A stretch of DNA of 63,071 bases from positions 1 through 63,071 of the forward strand of contig JANMJO010000025.1 of assembly GCA_031371425.1 (NCBI GenBank), written 5' to 3'. The first letter of the stretch is position 1. The number at the start of each line of letters is the position of its first letter. Positions 35,180 to 43,653 of the stretch are shown piece after piece. The notes under the pieces are model-generated. The model was not told the origin of the DNA and ran no database searches. It saw only the letters and a program-made list of their open reading frames with translations. The position numbers were made by a program, and so were the translations under genes. The stretch is from Verrucomicrobiales bacterium. GTDB lineage: Bacteria > Verrucomicrobiota > Verrucomicrobiia > Limisphaerales > JAFMIX01.

Positions 35180-35962
35180 TTAGAAACTGTAGCTTTCCCC
35201 GCCGTCCACCGCAATACAAGCGCCGTTCACGAGGCTGGCCTTTGGCGAACAGACAAACGCGACGACCGCCGCGACTTCTTCCGGCGTGCCGCAGCGGCCC
35301 AGCGGCAGACGTTGCTTCTGCGTCTGCTCGAAACGCTCCGGCGCTTCCTGACGAAATTCATCCCAGCCGTTGCCGGGAAACAAAATCCGGCCCGGCGCGA
35401 CGCTGTTGAACGTGATGCCGTCGCGCACGAGGTCGTGGTTCAACGCGAGCGTCTTGATCAAGCTAATCTCCGCGCTCTTGGCCATCGTATACCACGGGCG
35501 ACCGCCGCCTTCCTTGCCCTGCGTGGAGGCGATGGCCACGACGCGTCCCCATTTCGCGCGGCGCATGTGCGGGATGACGAGCCGCGTGAAGCGCACCGCC
35601 GAAAGCGTGTTGCGGTTGTAAGTTTCCACCCACTCCGTTTCAGGAACGTCTTCCACAGCCGCGGTCGAGCGACCGCCGCCGCCGCCGACGTTATTGACCA
35701 AGATGCCGATTGAGCCCCAAGCGTCCACCACGGTTTTCACCACGCGGGAGATGTCGGCTTCCAGCGTGGCGTCGGCGGAAATGGCGAGGCAATCCACGCC
35801 GCGCTGGCGGAGTTCCGCAGCGGTGGACTCCAGGCGCGCCGGGTTGCGGGCGCAGATCGCAACGCGGCAACCCTCGTCGGCGAGGGCGAGCGCGATGGCG
35901 CGGCCGATGCCGTAGCTGCCGCCGGTCACCAGCGCAATTTTGCCTTTGAGTGCGAGTTCCAT
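35180..35962 (-). CDS. Short-chain dehydrogenase/reductase (FabG-like)
   Basis: LKGKIALVTGGSYGIGRAIALALADEG (TGxxxGxG), NNVGG and a YxxxK region (YTMAKSAE). ATG at 35962 (MELALKGK). Confidence 0.85.
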   Translation of the reverse strand: MELALKGKIALVTGGSYGIGRAIALALADEGCRVAICARNPARLESTAAELRQRGVDCLAISADATLEADISRVVKTVVDAWGSIGILVNNVGGGGGRSTAAVEDVPETEWVETYNRNTLSAVRFTRLVIPHMRRAKWGRVVAIASTQGKEGGGRPWYTMAKSAEISLIKTLALNHDLVRDGITFNSVAPGRILFPGNGWDEFRQEAPERFEQTQKQRLPLGRCGTPEEVAAVVAFVCSPKASLVNGACIAVDGGESYSF

Positions 35963-35963
35963 T

Positions 35964-36977
35964 TTAGCTGGCAACGGTGGCCATGTCGTCAATGTCCCTG
36001 TAAATCGTGGTGCTGCCTTCCCACTCGAATTGGAACGGCACCCACACGAAGCGGTTCAAAGATTGTTTCAGAGCCGCCTGCTTTTCCTGCGGGCAGTAGA
36101 ACAGCATGAAGCCCTTGGAGCCCGCGCCCAGCAGCTTGCCACCGAGCGCGCCATTTTCGCGGGCGGTCTTGTAAATCTCGTCCACCTCGGAATTGCTCAC
36201 GCCCTCGGCGAGGCCGCGCTTCAAGACCCAGGTCTGGTGCAGCATTTCGCCGAACGCCGTCAGGCTGCCCCCGCCGGTCAAAATCGCGTGGGCATCGTCC
36301 ACGAGCTTGCGCATCTGGCGCAACTCCGCCGTGCGGTCGCGCATCCCGGCGATGACGGAGGCGGCCACTTCGCCACCGAGGCGGCTGCTGCCGGTGTAGA
36401 GCATGCAGAGATTTTTCTCCAATTCCGCGACGCGCTCGCGCTTCACCGCCACGGGGACAACTTGAAACGAGCCGTCGGTCTTGAACTGGATGATGTTCAA
36501 ACCGCCGAAGGTCGCGGCGATCTGGTCCTGCGAGCCTACGTTTTCCTTCAGAACATTCTGTTCCAACTCGAGCGCTTTGAGGGCGAGCTCGTATTTGCCG
36601 AGAGTTTGACCGCGCATGGCCATGAGCGCGTTGATGAGGCCGACGGCGAACGTGGAGCTGGAGCCGATGCCACTGCGCGCGGGGAGGTCGCCCTGATGAT
36701 GGATCTCCACGCCCTTCTTGTTGTCGAAGCCGAGAAAGCGCAGGCCCTCGCGCACGGCGGGGTGCAGGATTTCATTGATGGAGGAAACGGTCTCGATGTG
36801 CGACCAGACGATGCGATGCTTTTCGCCGAAGAACGGCGGCAGTTGGCGCGCGCTGACGTAGCAGAACTTGTCAATCGTCGTGGACAGCACGGCGCCGCCT
36901 TCCTTGAGATACCACGTCGGGTAATCCGTCCCGCCGCCGAAGAATGAAACGCGATAGGGTGTGCGGGTGATAATCAT
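35964..36977 (-). CDS. GHMP-family sugar kinase, HddA-like (D-glycero-D-manno-heptose 7-phosphate kinase type)
   Basis: MIITRTPYRVSFFGGGTDYPTWYLKEGGAVLSTTIDKF and the GHMP motif II PARSGIGSSSTFAVGL are present. The start overlaps the upstream stop (ATGA). Confidence 0.8.
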   Translation of the reverse strand: MIITRTPYRVSFFGGGTDYPTWYLKEGGAVLSTTIDKFCYVSARQLPPFFGEKHRIVWSHIETVSSINEILHPAVREGLRFLGFDNKKGVEIHHQGDLPARSGIGSSSTFAVGLINALMAMRGQTLGKYELALKALELEQNVLKENVGSQDQIAATFGGLNIIQFKTDGSFQVVPVAVKRERVAELEKNLCMLYTGSSRLGGEVAASVIAGMRDRTAELRQMRKLVDDAHAILTGGGSLTAFGEMLHQTWVLKRGLAEGVSNSEVDEIYKTARENGALGGKLLGAGSKGFMLFYCPQEKQAALKQSLNRFVWVPFQFEWEGSTTIYRDIDDMATVAS

Positions 36978-37702
36978 GCGGCTTCTTGTTTGAAAAATTC
37001 TCCGGCGCGCTGGTAGGATTCCGGCGTGCCAATGTCAATGAACGGGAACTCGCCCTTCAGAGCGTAGAATCCGCGTCCGCAAAATTTGGGGAAAACATCC
37101 TTCTCGATGCTCACGGGTCTGTCGGCGTGGATTTCCCCGATCACTTCGCGCTTCATCAGATACAGCCCGGCGTTGATGTAGCCGCCAGCGGTCGCGCCCT
37201 GCGGCTTCTCGGTGAACGCGGTGACGGCGTCGGTGGCGTCGGTGGTGACGAGGCCGCTGCTGCTGACCTGCGGTTGATGCGTGAGCACCATCGAGAGGCG
37301 CGCGGCCTTGGCGCGGTGAAATTCCACGAAGCGGGCGAGGTCGAGGCGTGTGACGGAATCGCCGTTGGTGACGAGGGCGTCGGGCGAGGTCACGAGCGGC
37401 AGGCAGGCGCGCACGGCGCCGCCCGTGCCGAGCGGCGTCGTTTCGATGTTGGCTGTGATTTCCATGCCGTTCCAGTTCTCCGAGTTCACAAAGTCCTGCA
37501 CCATTTCCGCCATGTAGCCGAGTGATAAAATCACGCGGCGCGCGCCGAAGCCGCGCAGCCATTCCAGATAACATTTCAGGAACGGCACGCCGTTGATGGG
37601 CACGAGCACCTTGGGCCGGTCGGAGAAAACGGAACGCAGGCGCGTGCCGAATCCGCCCGCCAGGATGACGACGTCAACGTTTTGCAGGCAGGTCGCGGGC
37701 AA
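36974..37702 (-). CDS. Sugar-1-phosphate nucleotidyltransferase, HddC-like
   Basis: VVILAGGFGTRLRSVFSDRPKVLVPING is the NTP-transferase signature. The track start at 37702 is TTG and overlaps the upstream gene by 29 nt, so the start is uncertain. Confidence 0.8.
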   Translation of the reverse strand: MPATCLQNVDVVILAGGFGTRLRSVFSDRPKVLVPINGVPFLKCYLEWLRGFGARRVILSLGYMAEMVQDFVNSENWNGMEITANIETTPLGTGGAVRACLPLVTSPDALVTNGDSVTRLDLARFVEFHRAKAARLSMVLTHQPQVSSSGLVTTDATDAVTAFTEKPQGATAGGYINAGLYLMKREVIGEIHADRPVSIEKDVFPKFCGRGFYALKGEFPFIDIGTPESYQRAGEFFKQEAA

Positions 37703-38666
37703 GTTCGGTTCTCCAGTAATCCAACATGTCCTGCAGGCACTGCTTGTAGGGAATTTTCGCTGTCCAGCCGGTTTCGTTCTTGAACTTGTCGGCGCAGGGA
37801 ATCTGCAGCGTCACGTCCGCCGGGCGGAGGAGCGCGGGGTCCACGCGCACTTCGATTTTGCCCTTGTAACTGGTCATCGTCAGGAGCAGGTCGAGCATCT
37901 CGCGGATGGTCATGGTGATGTCGCCGCCGATGTTATAGACCTCGCCGGGCTTGCACTTCTGCGCGAGCAGCCAGTAGGCGCGGACGGTGTCGCGCACGTC
38001 GGCAAAGGTGCGGACGCTGTCGAGGTTGCCGACGCGGATGACGGGTTCTTGCAAACCCATTTCGATGCGCGCGACCTGTTGCGAGAAGAACGAATCCACG
38101 AACACCTCGCCCCGGCGCGGGCCGCTGTGGGTGAACATGCGCGTGCGGATGGTTTTGATTTTGTAGGCTTCCCAATACATGAAGCCGAGCATGTCTTCGC
38201 CGACTTTGCTGACGGCGTAGGGGCTGACGGGGCGCAGCGGGCAGGTTTCGCGGATGGGCAGGTCGGCCTTGGTGACTTGGCCATAGACTTCCGACGAGCT
38301 GCAGATGTGGACGACGGGGTCGAGCTTCAGGATGCGGATGGCTTCGAGCAGGTTTGTGGTGCCGATGACGTTGCATTCGAGCGTGTCCACGGGTGCCATG
38401 AAGCTGGTGGTCACGAAGGATTGCGCCGCGAGATGGAAGATGACGTCGGGCTTCACCTCGCCGAACACGCGGATGAGCGAGCCGAGGTCGCGCAGGTCGC
38501 AGTCGTAGAATTTGACCTTGGGGTTGTTGAGCAGCGCGCGGACGTTGTCCTTGGGGCTGCGCCAGCGTTTGATGCCGAAGACCTGGCATTCGGGGTGTTC
38601 GGCGAGGATGTATTCGGCGAGGTGGCTGCCGACGAAGCCGGTGATGCCTGTGATGAGTGCGCGCAT
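37674..38666 (-). CDS. GDP-mannose 4,6-dehydratase / GDP-4-keto-6-deoxy-sugar reductase family extended SDR
   Basis: MRALITGITGFVGSHLAEYIL (GxxGxxG), the catalytic region SPYAVSKVGEDM (YxxxK) and VGNLDSVRTFADVRD, typical of the GMD/Rmd family. Confidence 0.8.
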   Translation of the reverse strand: MRALITGITGFVGSHLAEYILAEHPECQVFGIKRWRSPKDNVRALLNNPKVKFYDCDLRDLGSLIRVFGEVKPDVIFHLAAQSFVTTSFMAPVDTLECNVIGTTNLLEAIRILKLDPVVHICSSSEVYGQVTKADLPIRETCPLRPVSPYAVSKVGEDMLGFMYWEAYKIKTIRTRMFTHSGPRRGEVFVDSFFSQQVARIEMGLQEPVIRVGNLDSVRTFADVRDTVRAYWLLAQKCKPGEVYNIGGDITMTIREMLDLLLTMTSYKGKIEVRVDPALLRPADVTLQIPCADKFKNETGWTAKIPYKQCLQDMLDYWRTELARDLPAKR

Positions 38667-38691
38667 GATGGATTAAAGCTGTGGGTTGAAA

Positions 38692-39210
38692 TCAGAGACC
38701 TTCGTCGCGTTGGGAGATGATGGGGTTCTTGATGGGCCACCACATCTTGAACTTGGGGTCGTTCCACACCACGGTGAACTGCCCGGCGCGGTTGTAATAG
38801 GTGTTCTGTTTGTAATGGAAGATGGCGGTCTCGCTCAGCACGACGTGGCCGTTGCCGAACTTCGGCGGGATGAGCACTTGCAGGCGGTTCGTGTCCGAGA
38901 GTGTGAATGATTCCCACTGGCCGAACTGCTGGGAATCCTTGTCGTGGTTCAGGACGATGAGATAGAACTTGCCGTGGAGGCAGGAGACGAGTTTCCACGT
39001 CTCGCTGTCGCCGTGGATGCCGCGCAACACGCCGCGCGTGGAGGTGGAGATATCGTCCTGCACGAGCTTCACGGTGATGCCGGCTTTGTTGTAAAGCTCC
39101 TCGTTGTAGGTTTCCACGTAAGTGCCGCGGAAATCTTCAAAGACGGTCAGCGGCTTGATGAGCAGCACGCCATCCAACTTCGTTTTGGTCACTGACAATG
39201 TATCGGCCAT
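38692..39210 (-). CDS. RmlC-like cupin NDP-4-keto-6-deoxy-sugar 3,5-epimerase
   Basis: LDGVLLIKPLTVFEDFRGTYVETYN..., RGIHGD and PPKFGNGHVVLSE. This is the RmlC fold family also used by GDP-6-deoxy-heptose epimerases. It is the first gene of the sugar operon. Confidence 0.8.
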   Translation of the reverse strand: MADTLSVTKTKLDGVLLIKPLTVFEDFRGTYVETYNEELYNKAGITVKLVQDDISTSTRGVLRGIHGDSETWKLVSCLHGKFYLIVLNHDKDSQQFGQWESFTLSDTNRLQVLIPPKFGNGHVVLSETAIFHYKQNTYYNRAGQFTVVWNDPKFKMWWPIKNPIISQRDEGL

Positions 39211-39402
39211 GATTCTTTAGATTTTTTTGGTAAAATAGCCGGGAACACCTATCAGAAGCGGCTTGTGGTGTCCAAGATATTTTCCGTCGGAGCGGCGTCA
39301 TGGCGCGTTTTTTCGCAACCGGCTCACGGTGATCTTCAACAAGCTTTCCTAGCCGAGGCTGCGCCACGGCGGAGTCAGAAGGGGTTTGGATAGGTAGAAA
39401 AT

Positions 39403-39479
39403 TGGAGCGAGCGAAGGGATTCGAACCCTCGACACTCACGTTGGCAACGTGATGCTCTACCAGGCTGAGCTACGCTCGC
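39403..39479 (-). tRNA. tRNA-Gly (anticodon GCC), CCA encoded
   Basis: Reverse strand reads GCGAGCGTAGCTCAGCCTGGTAGAGCATCACGTTGCCAACGTGAGTGTCGAGGGTTCGAATCCCTTCGCTCGCTCCA. It has a 7-bp acceptor stem, D and T-psi-C (GGTTCGAATCC) arms, and the anticodon loop TTGCCAA. Confidence 0.9.
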
Positions 39480-39534
39480 TTCCGTGCAGACCGGGTTAAA
39501 TTAGAGGAATCAAAATGGAATGCAAGCCCGGTTT

Positions 39535-40899
39535 TCAGGGGGCGGCGGCGGGCGTTTTCTCCGGCAACGCTTGCCACGCTTCGCGGCGCTCATCGAGAAC
39601 GTCCAGTTGCAGGAGTGTTTCCTTCGTGATGACGTTGCGAGCGGGCTGGGGGGATGTCGCGCGGTGACCCGCTGTGTCAGGCTTGGTAGCGGGCTGTTCC
39701 GAATCTTCGCCGCCCATCGTGCGGAGATGAGCTTCCAGCACGCGCCGGTATTGCTCGATCAAACCGGCGAGGTCGGTGGCGGTTCGCAGTCGCAACGCCT
39801 CCAGCAGATTGATTTTCTCGCGCAGCATCCGGCCTTGCTGCTGCGGCTCCCAGCCACGGATAATGGATTGCAATGGCACGTCGGTCTGGAAGGGCTCGTC
39901 GTTGGTGGAGGTCTGGACTTGGAGCGGGCAGCGCAAAATTTCATCCAGCTTGGCCAGGCTTTCGGCGCGCGACCAGGTTTTGGCCGGTGTGCGGCCGGAG
40001 ATGAATGTGGATTGCAGCGACCACCACTTGGCGAGATCCACCTCGCGTTTGAAGTGGGCGCGAAACGCCTTGAGGAAACCGACCCGCCAGTCTGGGTCCC
40101 ACGGCAGCTCGGGCAGCATGGCGGCAAGGCACGGGCCGCCGTTTTTTAATTGCAGCAGCTCGTGGATGAATACGGTCGCGCTGCTCTGGTAGATGCCGGC
40201 GGCCTCGCCATCCGCCGGCGGACGGTCTAGCTCGTCGAGGGTCAGCGGCGCGTGGCGACCCAGTTGTTCCCTCGCCTGTTTCAGCGGACTAACCGGGCGG
40301 GAATCGCGCGTGATGGAGCGGCTGGACATCTGATTGCCGGGGGCAGACGGCACCGACCGGATCACTAGGTCCATGTCACTGGTGGCCATGAGGAGCGGCG
40401 GCATGCCTTCGGCCAGCCAAAGCGGGAGCGTGGCGGATTCGTCGCGGGCGTTGCGGTTGGCCATTTCCAAAAGCAACACCTGCGTCAGCGCGCGCACCAG
40501 CCGGGTCGGCTCAATCACATCGGGCAGGTCCACGCGATAATTCCAGCCGTCGCTGTAGTGCTGGGAGGTGACGACGATGTCCTCGTCCACGCTTTCAAAC
40601 GGGTGGAGGCTGATGCTGATTTTGCCGCGCCATTGGTCAGGCACGTTCAAGGTGTTGAGCAATGCCTGCTTGATGCGTTCGCAAGAGACGGCCAGCAATG
40701 TCGCTTCCAGATGGGCAAGCTTGCTGTTGGTCGCCAACTCCGGCGCGGCGATGGCGAACTCGCCGGGAGCGGCGCTGTAAACGGCGAATTGTCCCGAATG
40801 GCTAATCGCGGACGCGCCGCCTGCAACACGGGTGGATTGCGCGCGCCCGCAGACTACCGTCAGCATCAGAAGGAGGACGATGACCGGGTTCTGTTTCAT
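39535..40899 (-). CDS. Secreted 454-aa protein; unknown function
   Basis: Signal peptide MKQNPVIVLLLMLTVVCGRAQS. It is a long clean ORF with no motif I can name. Confidence 0.7.
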   Translation of the reverse strand: MKQNPVIVLLLMLTVVCGRAQSTRVAGGASAISHSGQFAVYSAAPGEFAIAAPELATNSKLAHLEATLLAVSCERIKQALLNTLNVPDQWRGKISISLHPFESVDEDIVVTSQHYSDGWNYRVDLPDVIEPTRLVRALTQVLLLEMANRNARDESATLPLWLAEGMPPLLMATSDMDLVIRSVPSAPGNQMSSRSITRDSRPVSPLKQAREQLGRHAPLTLDELDRPPADGEAAGIYQSSATVFIHELLQLKNGGPCLAAMLPELPWDPDWRVGFLKAFRAHFKREVDLAKWWSLQSTFISGRTPAKTWSRAESLAKLDEILRCPLQVQTSTNDEPFQTDVPLQSIIRGWEPQQQGRMLREKINLLEALRLRTATDLAGLIEQYRRVLEAHLRTMGGEDSEQPATKPDTAGHRATSPQPARNVITKETLLQLDVLDERREAWQALPEKTPAAAP

Positions 40900-41239
40900 G
40901 ATGCGGCCGGCTGGCGGCGGCCCGGTCAGGTTTTTTTGGCAGGGCGGCGGCGGGCTTGGCTTCCGGTTTTGCGGGAGTGGATTTGGCCGGGCTGGCGGCG
41001 GTGGATTCTTTTTTTGCGGAAGCTTTGTAGCCTTCGCTGCGGTAGTCGGTGATGTAGAATCCGCTGCCCTTGAAGAGCAGCCCGGCGCCCGCGCCGATGA
41101 CGCGCTTGACCTTGCCCTTGCCCCAGCGTTTCTGACAGCACAGGTCCTTGGGGCAGACGGTCAGCGCGGCGGCTGCCATGGGTTGAACTTTTTCAAACTG
41201 CTGCCCGCATTTGGCGCAGGCGTATTCGTAAGTCGGCAC
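40802..41239 (-). CDS. FmdB-family zinc-ribbon protein with a Lys/Ala/Pro-rich tail
   Basis: The GTG at 41239 gives (M)PTYEYACAKCGQQFEKVQPMAAAALTVCPKDLCC..., a CxxC...CPxxxC zinc ribbon. GSGFYITDYR is the typical FmdB C-terminal motif. The last ~98 nt overlap the next gene and look non-coding, so the real stop is uncertain. Confidence 0.65.
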   Translation of the reverse strand: MPTYEYACAKCGQQFEKVQPMAAAALTVCPKDLCCQKRWGKGKVKRVIGAGAGLLFKGSGFYITDYRSEGYKASAKKESTAASPAKSTPAKPEAKPAAALPKKPDRAAASRPHHETEPGHRPPSDADGSLRARAIHPCCRRRVRD

Positions 41240-41377
41240 GGTGGATAAATTACCTGTCCGCCTGCTGCGGTCAATCCTGATGAGTGCTGGTGGGTGTGGC
41301 TGGAAGTGCCGCGCAGCGGAAGCCCGCCCCGAGTTGGAGTTCAAGCTTGAGCTCGTTCCCATCGCACCCGGCGATGG

Positions 41378-42160
41378 CTAGAACTTCAGGTGCTTCACCG
41401 TCAGGCCGCGGTTGATGAGCTGGTGCAGCGAATCAATCCCGATGCGCAGGTGCTTGTCGAGGAAAGCCTGGGTCACTTTCTGGTCGCTCGCCGCAGTCTT
41501 CACGCCCTCGGGCGTCATCGGCTGGTCGGAGACCAGCAGCAACGCGCCCGTCGGGATTTCGTTGGCGAAGCCGGTGATGAAAATCGTGGCGGTCTCCATG
41601 TCGATGCCGATGCAGCGGATTTTGCGGAGATACTTTTTGAAATTTTCGTCGTGCTCCCACACGCGGCGGTTCGTCGTGTAAACCGTGCCGGTCCAGTAAT
41701 CGCGCTTGTGGTCGCGGATGGTGGTGGAGATGGCTTTCTGCAAACTGAACGCGGGCAGCGCGGGAACTTCCGGAGGAAAATAATCGTTCGACGCGCCTTC
41801 GCCGCGTATCGCTGCGATGGGCAAAACCAAATCGCCCAAGTTTGCGACGTGCTTCAGCCCGCCGCATTTGCCGAGGAACAACACGGCTTGCGGCTTGATC
41901 GCGCCGAGCAAGTCCATAATCGTCGCCGCGCTCGCGCTGCCCATGCCGAAGTTGATGATGGTGATGCCGTCGGCGGTGGCGTTGGGCATCGGGCGGTCCT
42001 CGCCGCGCACCGGCACGCCGTGCAGCTTGGCGAACATGCGGACGTAGTTGCTGAAGTTGACCAGCAGAATGTGTTTGCCGAACTCCTTCAGCGCCGTGCC
42101 GGTGTAACGCGGCAGCCAGTTGGTTACGATTTCGGATTTGGTTTTCATGACTCCTGTCAT
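41378..42160 (-). CDS. PNP/UDP-1 family nucleosidase, short AMP-nucleosidase-like
   Basis: ITIINFGMGSASAATIMDLL, FLGKCGGL and IGIDMETATIF are PNP_UDP_1 family motifs. The N-terminus resembles the catalytic domain of AMP nucleosidase. Confidence 0.7.
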   Translation of the reverse strand: MTGVMKTKSEIVTNWLPRYTGTALKEFGKHILLVNFSNYVRMFAKLHGVPVRGEDRPMPNATADGITIINFGMGSASAATIMDLLGAIKPQAVLFLGKCGGLKHVANLGDLVLPIAAIRGEGASNDYFPPEVPALPAFSLQKAISTTIRDHKRDYWTGTVYTTNRRVWEHDENFKKYLRKIRCIGIDMETATIFITGFANEIPTGALLLVSDQPMTPEGVKTAASDQKVTQAFLDKHLRIGIDSLHQLINRGLTVKHLKF

Positions 42161-42162
42161 TG

Positions 42163-43311
42163 TTAATACCTCGGCACGCTGTGGTCAACCTCGTCCGACC
42201 ATGCGCCGATGCCGCCCTTCACGCTCTTGAGATATTTGAAGCCCTGCTCGCGCAGGAAATGCAGCGCCTTCATCGAGCGCACGCCGGCCTTGCAGTGGAT
42301 GTAATATTGCGAGTTCGGGTCAAGCTCGGTGAACCGCTCCTGCAACTGGCTCAACGGCAGCAGCGGCACGCCCGCGACTTTCGCGATCTCGTATTCGTCC
42401 GCCTCGCGCACGTCAATGACCTTGATGCCGAGCTTCGGATTATCCAGCGCCTTCTTCATGTCCTGCACCGTGACCTCGTCGGGGTTGCCGATGGGCACGG
42501 CAGGTTCGGGCGTGATGCCGCAGAACATTTCGTAGTCAATCAATTCCTTGATGCTCGGATGATCGCCGCAAATGGGACACGCCGGGTCGCGCCGCAATTT
42601 CAATTCGCGGAACTTCATGTCGAGCGCGTTGAACAGCATCAAGCGACCAACGAGCGAAGTGCCTTTGCCGATGGCGAGCTTCAAAATTTCCGTCGCCTGA
42701 ATGCAGCCGATGACGCCGGGCAGCACGCCGAGCACGCCGCCTTCTGCGCAACTCGGCACCATGCCGGGCGGCGGCGGCTCGGGATACAGACAGCGGTAGC
42801 ACGGCCCGCCGAGGTGCGGCGCGAACACGCTGGCCTGACCCTCGAAGCGGAAGATTGAGCCGTAGACGTTCGGCTTCTTGAGCAGCACGCAGGCGTCGTT
42901 GGTGAGGTAGCGCGTGGGGAAATTATCCGTGCCGTCCACCACGATGTCGTAGGGACGGATGAGGTCGAGCGCGTTCTCGGACGAGATGCGGGTGTTGTGG
43001 ATGACGACTTCGCAATGCGGGTTGATGCCCGCGATGGTTTCCTTGGCCGACTCGGCTTTCGAGCGACCCACGTCCGCGTCCGTGTGGAGAATCTGCCGTT
43101 GCAGATTGGAATAATCCACCGTGTCGAAATCCACGATGCCGATCTTGCCGATGCCTGCCGCCGCGAGATACATGGCGATGGGCGAACCGAGACCGCCCGC
43201 ACCGATGCAGAGGACGCTGGAGGCTTTGATCTTCTTCTGCCCGGCCAGGCCAACTTCCGGCAGGATCAAGTGGCGCGAGTAACGGCGGATTTCTTCGTTG
43301 TTCAGTTGCAT
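42163..43311 (-). CDS. moeB: Molybdopterin-synthase / sulfur-carrier adenylyltransferase with C-terminal rhodanese domain (MoeB/MoeZ/ThiF family)
   Basis: YSRHLILPEVGLAGQKKIKASSVLCIGAGGLGSPIAMYLAAAGIG, the CxxC pairs (CYRC, CPIC) and the rhodanese active-site loop YYIHCKAGVRS. Confidence 0.85.
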   Translation of the reverse strand: MQLNNEEIRRYSRHLILPEVGLAGQKKIKASSVLCIGAGGLGSPIAMYLAAAGIGKIGIVDFDTVDYSNLQRQILHTDADVGRSKAESAKETIAGINPHCEVVIHNTRISSENALDLIRPYDIVVDGTDNFPTRYLTNDACVLLKKPNVYGSIFRFEGQASVFAPHLGGPCYRCLYPEPPPPGMVPSCAEGGVLGVLPGVIGCIQATEILKLAIGKGTSLVGRLMLFNALDMKFRELKLRRDPACPICGDHPSIKELIDYEMFCGITPEPAVPIGNPDEVTVQDMKKALDNPKLGIKVIDVREADEYEIAKVAGVPLLPLSQLQERFTELDPNSQYYIHCKAGVRSMKALHFLREQGFKYLKSVKGGIGAWSDEVDHSVPRY

Positions 43312-43387
43312 AATAAATCGAAACGGATTCGAGCCTGTCAGGGTAGAACGAACGCCGAATAAATCAAGCCGGGCTATTCAGCGGCAG

Positions 43388-43603
43388 TATCCTAATCTTA
43401 ATCCTACTCCTAATCGTAATCGTAATCGGCCAAGAAACGGGATTAGAAATCTCTGCAAAAGTCCGGCGAACACCCGGAGCGCGGAGCATTGCTCCGCCAG
43501 TTTGCAGGGGAATTCGCGCGGAGCATTGCTCCGCGCTCCGCGCCTTTGGTCTTTTGCAGAGATTTCGATTAGGATTACGACGACGATTAAGATTAGGACA
43601 GTG
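43388..43603. repeat. ~215-bp composite palindromic element between the histidine-kinase stop and the moeB start
   Basis: Outer arms are built of aatcct/aatcgt hexamers plus gaaatctctgcaaaag (left 43388-43470, right 43541-43603). The inner part holds two copies of the gcgcggagcattgctccgc palindrome (43476-43539). Confidence 0.75.
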
Positions 43604-43653
43604 CCTATTCGGCGGCGATGCCGCTCCGGATGTCCGCCCGCCGAACCGGCGGC

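Noticed and set aside
39211-39402. Integrase, attachment site or prophage remnants next to tRNA-Gly
   Set aside because: There is no integrase-like ORF. I could find no repeat of the tRNA 3' end in the window.
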